Of a stretch of DNA of 64,000 nucleotides, positions 53,491 to 61,022 are shown piece by piece. The stretch comes from a virus, in the IMG/VR virus record IMGVR_UViG_3300044691_000355, positions 32,001 to 96,000 of that record; one strand, given 5' to 3'. Numbering within the stretch: the first letter of the stretch is position 1; every line of letters begins with the position of its first letter. The notes below the pieces were generated by a model, which ran no database searches, had not been told where the DNA came from, and saw nothing but the letters and a program-made list of their open reading frames with translations. The position numbers and the translations under genes are program-made.

Positions 53491-54963
53491 TTAAGCCCTA
53501 AAGCCATTGATGTTTAGCAGCGCTGAAGCGCCATACGTTAAATTGCGCTGGTAGTCCGTCACGTAAATGCGTGAACCGTCCGGCAGCTCCACGATGTCGC
53601 CGGGCTCGATGCGCGGGTCATCGAGGATCTGCGCGTTATAGGTCGCAGACGCGCGGAACAGGTAGATCAGTTCACGCGCGGCAAACGCCCTGGCGTGCGC
53701 TTCATTCATCACGAAATCATTCGCGATATCCTGATTCTGAATCAGCCAATCTGGCACACCGGACGCGATCGCTTCTGTCGTATTGCGCGCATTGACAAAA
53801 TCGTACGGCACCCCGCGTATCTCATATATGCCTGTGCCCAAGCTCATCATGGTGAGCAGCACGGCGACAGTACCAAGCGTTTCGATTAGACGCCCTATCG
53901 GTATGGTGAAACCGGCAGACGCAATAAATCCGCCGACAACCACACCGTCAGGAATGAATGACGAAGCAATCATGGCGCCTAGCCCAACCGTTGCAAGTGT
54001 CGGTGCCCATGCCGACGTGTGGACTTGTATCTGCCCATGAACCTGATCAAACACGACATAATTTTCTGAGCAAAACGAAAACAATCCAGAATTAGCAGAC
54101 TGCCTGATGACCAGATAGGTATTTTTGGCGCGCTGCGTATGATCCTGACTGAACCATATGTCCAAATTCTGATGTAGTTGAAAAAATCCGGCCGTGATGT
54201 TGGCCGTAGCGATCACCTGATCCTGATGCACGACTTCAGACAGATTAGGATCGAGCCACAGAATCCGCACAGACGTAAACGCGGTGGTCTTCTTTGACCC
54301 GGTGATAGCGATCACGCGGTCTTGCGTCAGCACAATATCGGAAGCCCTCGCAAGGTTGCGCGAGATGCCTTTGAGCACGCCGCGCGCGTCCACGAAGGGA
54401 TCGATGCCAGATGAGAGCAATGCGCCCGTCAGCATGCCCCAAGCGTCCATGTTGGATAACTGCAAGTTGGTGTGCACAGTGTAGATGCTCGTCATCGGTA
54501 GCGCTATTTCGAGCGGCGTCAATCCGACCGATGCCGCGATGTCTGTGGCGATCTGGATGACGGGCGTTCCGGCGGCATATAGGTTGGTGACACGCTTGAT
54601 GCTCTTCCACGCCGGTGTGTTGTCGCGCGAGTACGCCTTGATGCTCAGCAAGTGATTGCCGCTCTCCATGGTGTAATTGCTGATCGAGTCGATGATGCCG
54701 ACCCACAGCGTTTGTCCGAGCATCTGCACCTCGATCAGTTCGCCGGTCTGCGGCTGGTTGGTGCCGTTTAATTGCGTGTGATAGGTGAATTTGATATCGG
54801 CGTCTTTGGAGGTGTGCTTGCTTCCCGCAGACACGTATGCCGTTAAGTCGATGGCATCTGTCGCGGTGCCATTGATAATTTGCGCAAACGTCGCCGTGGG
54901 GTGGCGGATCACGCTGAATGAGCGATTAGAGTCTTTCGGGAATGGCTGCCAGCGCGGGTCCAT
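53491..54963 (-). CDS. Tail hub-like protein
   Basis: WVGIIDSI and DPRIEPGDIVEL motifs typical of hub/Tal proteins. Confidence 0.55.
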   Translation of the reverse strand: MDPRWQPFPKDSNRSFSVIRHPTATFAQIINGTATDAIDLTAYVSAGSKHTSKDADIKFTYHTQLNGTNQPQTGELIEVQMLGQTLWVGIIDSISNYTMESGNHLLSIKAYSRDNTPAWKSIKRVTNLYAAGTPVIQIATDIAASVGLTPLEIALPMTSIYTVHTNLQLSNMDAWGMLTGALLSSGIDPFVDARGVLKGISRNLARASDIVLTQDRVIAITGSKKTTAFTSVRILWLDPNLSEVVHQDQVIATANITAGFFQLHQNLDIWFSQDHTQRAKNTYLVIRQSANSGLFSFCSENYVVFDQVHGQIQVHTSAWAPTLATVGLGAMIASSFIPDGVVVGGFIASAGFTIPIGRLIETLGTVAVLLTMMSLGTGIYEIRGVPYDFVNARNTTEAIASGVPDWLIQNQDIANDFVMNEAHARAFAARELIYLFRASATYNAQILDDPRIEPGDIVELPDGSRIYVTDYQRNLTYGASALLNINGFRA

Positions 54964-55529
54964 CAGGGTGCTCTTCCTAAGATGCGCATGGTCAAGGTCA
55001 CTGGCTCCGTCACCCAATTGTCATCGTTGGCGTAATGGTTGAGCACCGTGCCGTCGTAGCGCTCGCGGATGTTTTTTAAGCCTGAGCCAACGCACACATT
55101 GATCATGATCACTTGAAAGCCAAGCGTTGTCGCGTAGTTGGGCCACCACTGCACGGGTGTACCTGTCACAGGGTCAGGTGGGTTTTGCCAGAATGCGAGT
55201 ACATGACGCAGCCACGTGGCGCTGACGTTAGGGTCATTAATCCAGTGCTCCTCGACGATTACGTCGCGGATATCGCCCTGCCACAGCGTGTTGATGGCGC
55301 CTTGCAGCGTCTTCTGCGTGCTCCACGTCGGCGCGATGATCACGTCCTGGTCGAGATTCACCCACTCATCCGGCGAGTAGTCGTAGTCAAGGGTGCCAAG
55401 CGTCGGATGAATCAGCCGACCGAGGCCGGTGCCAGGCGAGATGAGCGGCAGGATCGGAATCGGTACGGTTTCGGTGACGACAGAACCCGCACCGATGGTA
55501 AAGGTAGAGGAACTTGAAAGTGTGCTCAT
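54963..55529 (-). CDS. Distal tail-like protein
   Basis: Size and position before hub; TQKTLQG motif. Confidence 0.4.
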   Translation of the reverse strand: MSTLSSSSTFTIGAGSVVTETVPIPILPLISPGTGLGRLIHPTLGTLDYDYSPDEWVNLDQDVIIAPTWSTQKTLQGAINTLWQGDIRDVIVEEHWINDPNVSATWLRHVLAFWQNPPDPVTGTPVQWWPNYATTLGFQVIMINVCVGSGLKNIRERYDGTVLNHYANDDNWVTEPVTLTMRILGRAP

Positions 55530-57097
55530 GAGTGGTGTGCCGGTGCTGATAGGTAGGCCACGTTCGTCGTGTTGCCGCTGTTGTCTTCAATGCTCAAGCC
55601 GCCGATCGTCGCGCCGCTGACACCAAGATCAGCCAACGGAATCTCATACACGGTGTAGTTAGGCGAACCGCTGCTCCAGTTGATGCCGTAGTCCGCATCG
55701 CAGTAGGTGAGGCTTCCCGCGGAGATCGTGATCGGTGTGCCGGTGGGTGAACCTGAAGTGTCGTAATACTGAACTTTCCAGTCATTGCCGGTCAGTGTCG
55801 GCGTGATTGCGAAGGTCAAATGAGTATGCGGCGTAAGATCGAAGCCGCCCGCAAAGTTCACGCGCCACTTGGCGTGGGCGGCGGTCATGGTGAGTTTGAT
55901 CGCCTGCATCTGCGTTTGCAGCCAAGTACTGCAACAGCTTTGGCCGGTGAAATTGCCGCCCGGCGAGCTGACCGTCCACGACGTACCGGAACCGCTGGCT
56001 ATCGTGCCCCACACGACGGGCTGTGCGCCGGTCTGGAAGTAGACTAATTGCTCACCGATGACGGGCGTAGAGCCTGTCAACCCCGATATCGTCAAAGCCG
56101 AACCGATTAGCGTGCCGGTGAAAGAATTGGCCTTTGGCGGCTGATTGCACGAGTACAGCGCGGAGTTGACGGTGGTCGGATTGAACGCATAGTTCGCGGT
56201 TAGGCCTGTGCTCGCATCCGTCCATCCCGCTTGAAGTCCCGCAACGTTCGGATCACCGTTGTGAATCCACGAAAGATTTCCGGCGACAAACTGAACGTTG
56301 TCCAATTGAAAACTTAGGCCAGTCGGGAAATTGCCATTGTCTTGCATCGCGAACTTGTAGTAGTTTCCCGAACCCAGCACGCCGAAAAATGACAGCGGGA
56401 CCTTCAAGCCGGTAAGCCACGTGTTAGGCGTCAGCGTGCCGATGCCGGGAACGTTTGGCAGCGAGTTGCAGTAGGCGCAGACATTGATGTCGTTGCCAGT
56501 CGAGCGGGTTGCGTGGCCGCTGACGCCGATGTTCGACCCAGTGGCGCAGTACAGGTCAAACTGCAGGTACGTATACTGAGATATGTCCTGTCCGTTCGGG
56601 GGCGACACCGCCCAGTTGGTGGCCTGCTGCCAGCCGCTAGCCGGATGCACCAAATTAGATTGGGTATGACCAGGTTGCGGATTCCCGGTGTAATTATAAT
56701 CGTGCGCCGGTGTGGCGCCGTACGAGTAATCAGTAAACGCAGGCCACTTGCTCGTATCAATCACGCCGTTCGAGTACATCATCAAATTGCCGCCGCCGCC
56801 GATGATGTATGAGGCGCTGCCGATGGAACTTGGCGTATGGCCCGGCGCGGTTGCGAGCACTCTAAGGATTTGGCTTGAACTCACCGTGATCGGTGTCGCA
56901 TACACCGTACTTCCGGTTGTCGGCGTCGAACCGTCGACGGTGTAGTACATCGTGTTACTTGGCGTCGCACACGATGGTGTCACGGTCTGCGCAGTTAAAT
57001 ATGAACCGGCAGCTGGCGAGAACGTGGGTGTCGCCGTTTGCGGAAGCGATGCCGCGACCACGTTTAAGTGATACGTCTTCGTGATCGAGCTTGGCAT
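55526..57097 (-). CDS. Tail-associated protein with Fn3-like domain and carbohydrate-binding-like modules
   Basis: TATPTFSPAAGSY..YYTVDGSTPT; DISQYTYLQFD and DLTPHTHLTF CBM-like motifs. Confidence 0.65.
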   Translation of the reverse strand: MPSSITKTYHLNVVAASLPQTATPTFSPAAGSYLTAQTVTPSCATPSNTMYYTVDGSTPTTGSTVYATPITVSSSQILRVLATAPGHTPSSIGSASYIIGGGGNLMMYSNGVIDTSKWPAFTDYSYGATPAHDYNYTGNPQPGHTQSNLVHPASGWQQATNWAVSPPNGQDISQYTYLQFDLYCATGSNIGVSGHATRSTGNDINVCAYCNSLPNVPGIGTLTPNTWLTGLKVPLSFFGVLGSGNYYKFAMQDNGNFPTGLSFQLDNVQFVAGNLSWIHNGDPNVAGLQAGWTDASTGLTANYAFNPTTVNSALYSCNQPPKANSFTGTLIGSALTISGLTGSTPVIGEQLVYFQTGAQPVVWGTIASGSGTSWTVSSPGGNFTGQSCCSTWLQTQMQAIKLTMTAAHAKWRVNFAGGFDLTPHTHLTFAITPTLTGNDWKVQYYDTSGSPTGTPITISAGSLTYCDADYGINWSSGSPNYTVYEIPLADLGVSGATIGGLSIEDNSGNTTNVAYLSAPAHHS

Positions 57098-57107
57098 TAG
57101 ATATTCC

Positions 57108-59885
57108 TCATGAACTGTCCGTGAGCGTCACAGCAATGGTGTTCATCGATGTGCTCATCGGCGGCATACCGGTTATCGTCCATGTCGTCGTATCGCTACT
57201 AATCGTCGGCGGCGTTGCCCATGACGGAACCCCTGTAGCGCCCCATACATACGGCTTCACGCCACCACTGCCGGTGAGCGTTTGCGTATACGCCACGCCT
57301 TCTTCTGCATCGGGGAAATCTGGCGATGGCTCCATATCCAATGGATCTGGCGTCGGCGCGACACTGCCGCTCCAATAGGTGTAGTCGAGCGTGCCCGCAG
57401 GATCGCCCGCAGATCCAAATATCTGCACGGCAGCCGATGCAGAAATAACCGTGGTCGTGCCGCGATTCAGTTTCAGTATCGGAGTACCGGCTGCGAGCGG
57501 CATCGTGTACACGCTCAATCCGGCAGCAGCCGCGAACGTTGCGGATGCCGTCCCCACGCTGATCGTGATCGTGCCCGGCGCCGTCAGCATCGCGACCACT
57601 TCTATCAGATCGGACGGCGTACCAGCGACGCACGTGAAGTTGTCCACTTGACTCGGATGCGCGGCGCCGATCGGCATGCGTCTATAAAAATAGTACAGCC
57701 GATCTGCAACAATGGTCGGTGGCGATCCGGTCAAATACGATGCGGCGTAATACGCGCCCAGGTCTGAAAACCCATTGCCCATGTTTGGATTCAGCGTCGC
57801 ATCCGTGCACGGCTGGATTTGGCTTGACTCTGAGAAGTCGCTCCACGTCACATACTGCACCCAGTCCGAGCCGCCATTAATCGCGCTCTCCCACGACTTG
57901 CGCATGGTTTGGCTATTGTTAGCTTCCCAAAATATTTGGTCTTTCGACCTGAATTGCTGCATCGAAATCGGCATCATGTACTTGAGGCCGTTGCCGTGGG
58001 CGATCGTAGGATTCGGCTGTAGCGCGATCGCGGCACTCGGTATCGCGGTTCCCCATGCGCCGAGGCCATAGCTCACCGGATCAAGAGAACCCGCATCGGA
58101 CGGACCACCGAGCAACACAGGAATGAATTTGGTGGTGATGCCAGCGCCAGCCAAAGTGGTCATCATCGACGTCCAATACGATGCCGCCTGCAGGTCTGCC
58201 TTATAGGCCGCGAATAAAATCTCACCGGTCGATAGCGTGTAGATGCATGGCTTGCTGGCGACCGCTTCAATAATCGACGCTGCGTCTGCCGCGCTGATCG
58301 CGCCCAATGACACCATGTCGAGCATGACCATAATCATGAATCGAGCGTCAACCACCGCAGCCGCCGCCAACAACGTTTGCAGTTTGCCGGTAGGGCTCAA
58401 GGCATCGGCGAGATTTAAGACATCGAATGCGAACGCCGTGATGCCGCGCGCCATCGCCATGCGAACTTCAGTTTCCATGTTGTCTTGCACGTAGGTGCTT
58501 GGCGACCCAGGCACTACCGGCAGCGGCCGCTGCCGCAAATAGCCGCCGTATGCCTCGTGACTGCCTGCCTCGCCCAGGGGGTCAAGAAACTGATTGTTGT
58601 AGTAGTCCATCGCCGCTGGCAGGTTGTCGAACGACAGTGGGAAGAAACCAAAATAATGGGCAAATACGACTTTGGATGACCCGAACATCGTGGCCAAATC
58701 CGGCATCAGGAAGGGCAAGCCAGCGACAACTCCACCTCCGCCGCCACCACCTCCGCCGCCACCACCTCCGCCGCCACCACCTCCGCCGCCGCCCGTTCCA
58801 TCATCGAGCGACGCCGTCACGACTACAGTTCCCGAGTCTAGGTCCGTCATCATGGAAACCGCCTCACCATCGCCATCGGTGATTGCCGGGAAGCCCACGA
58901 ATTCGACGATATCGGTACTCGGCGTGAAATCGATGATGGCACCGCCGATCGGTTCTCCAAGATCACCGAACAGGCGTGTCAACACCGGCACTGAGTTGTA
59001 TTTGCGCGGTGCTGCTAGCGGAATCGGGTCCATCAAGCCGGTAGCAATCGGCATCGGAAAATAGCCGTTGATCGTGCTGGTGTTTTGCCCAGTGGTATCT
59101 GGCGGCGTGTAAACCCAGGATAAAAAGCGTCGATACTTCGTGTCCCACGTGACGGTGACGCCAGGTAGCGCTGGATTGAACGCATCTTGAATCCGAAAGG
59201 AGGACAGCACGATGCCTAACGTGTAGTCGATCAAGCACATCACATGATCCGCGGTCATCACGTAGCAGCGGCCCGTGGACTCAGGCATGATCTGCACCAG
59301 ATTGGCGGGCAGCGTGACGGTGCTAATCAATGCGCCTGTGGCCAAATTGTGGATACGCAACTGATTGGCGACGTTCGCGCCCAGCAGCACTAAGTTATTG
59401 GAGGCGTCAATATTGAAAGCATCCACCGACGTAATGCCCGCGAACAACGAGAAGTCAAAAGCCACGACGCCATCGCTGGTGACGCCAAGCACAGGGTCCA
59501 CCTGGCACTTGAAGACTTTAAACGTCTCATCACAGCGGTAGATGGTGCCGTCGAGCGCTTGCGCGAATCGCGAGAAAATAAACAGCGTTGCTGTCGAATC
59601 GATGCGGCCTAAGTATTCACCTGTGGTCGCGTTGAAGCGATACAGCGTGTAGTTAAAGCCTGGAAAGAACACCATGTTTTGCGTAAGCCACAAGTAGATC
59701 ACTTCGTAGCCGTCAACCAATTGCTCTTGGTTCAAGAAAATGACCGTGACACCTAAGCCGTCATACTCTTCGCCATAGATGCGCGGCGGCGTGGTCAACT
59801 CGGAGTGATAGATTTGCGCGCCGCCCGAGATGTTTCCTGGCAAGCGGTAAGCGAAGGGCTGAGATTGAAAGGTTTCGAGCAGCAT
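57108..59885 (-). CDS. Tail protein: beta-propeller-like + Ig + poly-Gly + GH71-like alpha-1,3-glucanase + Ig
   Basis: KVVFAHYF, YGGYLRQRPL, AMARGITAFAFDVL, SWESAI, VQYVTWSDFSESS, YYFYR. Confidence 0.72.
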   Translation of the reverse strand: MLLETFQSQPFAYRLPGNISGGAQIYHSELTTPPRIYGEEYDGLGVTVIFLNQEQLVDGYEVIYLWLTQNMVFFPGFNYTLYRFNATTGEYLGRIDSTATLFIFSRFAQALDGTIYRCDETFKVFKCQVDPVLGVTSDGVVAFDFSLFAGITSVDAFNIDASNNLVLLGANVANQLRIHNLATGALISTVTLPANLVQIMPESTGRCYVMTADHVMCLIDYTLGIVLSSFRIQDAFNPALPGVTVTWDTKYRRFLSWVYTPPDTTGQNTSTINGYFPMPIATGLMDPIPLAAPRKYNSVPVLTRLFGDLGEPIGGAIIDFTPSTDIVEFVGFPAITDGDGEAVSMMTDLDSGTVVVTASLDDGTGGGGGGGGGGGGGGGGGGGGGVVAGLPFLMPDLATMFGSSKVVFAHYFGFFPLSFDNLPAAMDYYNNQFLDPLGEAGSHEAYGGYLRQRPLPVVPGSPSTYVQDNMETEVRMAMARGITAFAFDVLNLADALSPTGKLQTLLAAAAVVDARFMIMVMLDMVSLGAISAADAASIIEAVASKPCIYTLSTGEILFAAYKADLQAASYWTSMMTTLAGAGITTKFIPVLLGGPSDAGSLDPVSYGLGAWGTAIPSAAIALQPNPTIAHGNGLKYMMPISMQQFRSKDQIFWEANNSQTMRKSWESAINGGSDWVQYVTWSDFSESSQIQPCTDATLNPNMGNGFSDLGAYYAASYLTGSPPTIVADRLYYFYRRMPIGAAHPSQVDNFTCVAGTPSDLIEVVAMLTAPGTITISVGTASATFAAAAGLSVYTMPLAAGTPILKLNRGTTTVISASAAVQIFGSAGDPAGTLDYTYWSGSVAPTPDPLDMEPSPDFPDAEEGVAYTQTLTGSGGVKPYVWGATGVPSWATPPTISSDTTTWTITGMPPMSTSMNTIAVTLTDSS
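58731..58793 (-). repeat. 15-bp tandem repeat encoding a 21-Gly linker
   Basis: ccacctccgccgcca about four times. Confidence 0.9.
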
Positions 59886-60811
59886 CAGAAGTTAAACTGC
59901 GCGTCGACGGCGACGCTTCCCGATGAGCCCACAGGGATGATCAATGTGTTGATGGCGGTCCCAGTGGCATCGGTCGCGCTTTGTGGTTCAGCCAATGTTC
60001 CGGTACCCGACCCAATTGACCAATTGATCAATTCGCCTACACACGGCTCACTTTGCGCGCCGAGTAATTGCACGCTGACTTGAGAGGCGATACCTGCCCC
60101 GACAGAAGGTGAGGCAACAGGGTTTGATAACGAATCCGGTGCCGTCGCATCCGCCAAGATTTTTATCTGCTGAGATTTCATCTCGACAAAGACATCGTAC
60201 TTCGGCACATACCAACAGCCGTCTGGCGCCTCACCGATAAATAACGTCGCGCCAATTTGCGTTTTTAAGGACACATCATAAAAGCGTATCTGCCCGGCAT
60301 TGAAGATGAGGCAAATTTCGGTGGTCGAGCGCCCGCGCGACACATTGACCAGCGTGCCGCCCGTGAAAGGTGCGGCAAAGGTGTACTCAGGCGTAAACGT
60401 CGTGCCGTCGTGCGTGGCCAGCACTTGCACATCGGAACCGGTGTTATAGAAAGCCAAATACCGATCCGCTGCGATCACCTTGATGCGAAATACTGAAACG
60501 CCCGTGAGCAAAGAAACTGGGTCCGGATTGCCAGCCAGATAATTGAAGTTGAAAAGATCCGTGACCGTGGCGACCGCAAGACCGCGGACACTGCGAAGGT
60601 CGAGGACGGGGCTAAAGCTCGAGCCGTTGAAAGTGCTGCGCGGACCTTGCGCATTGCCGTCCATCTGCACCGCGTAGAATCCATAGGCTGAAACAGGATT
60701 TACTACTGCCAGCAGCCCCAACCCCCGCATCCACGTATAGCCGGTGACGGATGCGACCGGCACACCGCCGACGTTGACATTCACAGGTCCGTATAAGACC
60801 TCAAGCGCCAT
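59885..60811 (-). CDS. Tail protein with C-terminal Ig-like domain
   Basis: SATDATGTA Big-1-like motif. Confidence 0.55.
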   Translation of the reverse strand: MALEVLYGPVNVNVGGVPVASVTGYTWMRGLGLLAVVNPVSAYGFYAVQMDGNAQGPRSTFNGSSFSPVLDLRSVRGLAVATVTDLFNFNYLAGNPDPVSLLTGVSVFRIKVIAADRYLAFYNTGSDVQVLATHDGTTFTPEYTFAAPFTGGTLVNVSRGRSTTEICLIFNAGQIRFYDVSLKTQIGATLFIGEAPDGCWYVPKYDVFVEMKSQQIKILADATAPDSLSNPVASPSVGAGIASQVSVQLLGAQSEPCVGELINWSIGSGTGTLAEPQSATDATGTAINTLIIPVGSSGSVAVDAQFNF

Positions 60812-61022
60812 ACTGCGCCTCGATCACCGCCGTGGTGCCGGATGTACCTGGGACGTACTTCGCCGCAGCTCGCCCCTGGGCATCGGTGAAATGAGTGATC
60901 GGCGTTAAGGTGCCGTCTCCGGAGGCGATCGACCACGTAACCGCTCGATTCGGCAAGCCTGACAGCACCACCATAGCCCCGGTCGAATCGGCGTAGACGC
61001 TGGACGGATAGACGGTCAGCAT
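60801..61022 (-). CDS. Small Ig-like tail protein
   Basis: VTWSIASG, FTDAQGRA motif. Confidence 0.55.
   Translation of the reverse strand: MLTVYPSSVYADSTGAMVVLSGLPNRAVTWSIASGDGTLTPITHFTDAQGRAAAKYVPGTSGTTAVIEAQYGA

Noticed and set aside
51422-57097. Diversity-generating retroelement acting on tail fibres
   Set aside because: No reverse transcriptase and no adenine-variable TR/VR pair seen; the fibre duplication is an ordinary coding repeat.
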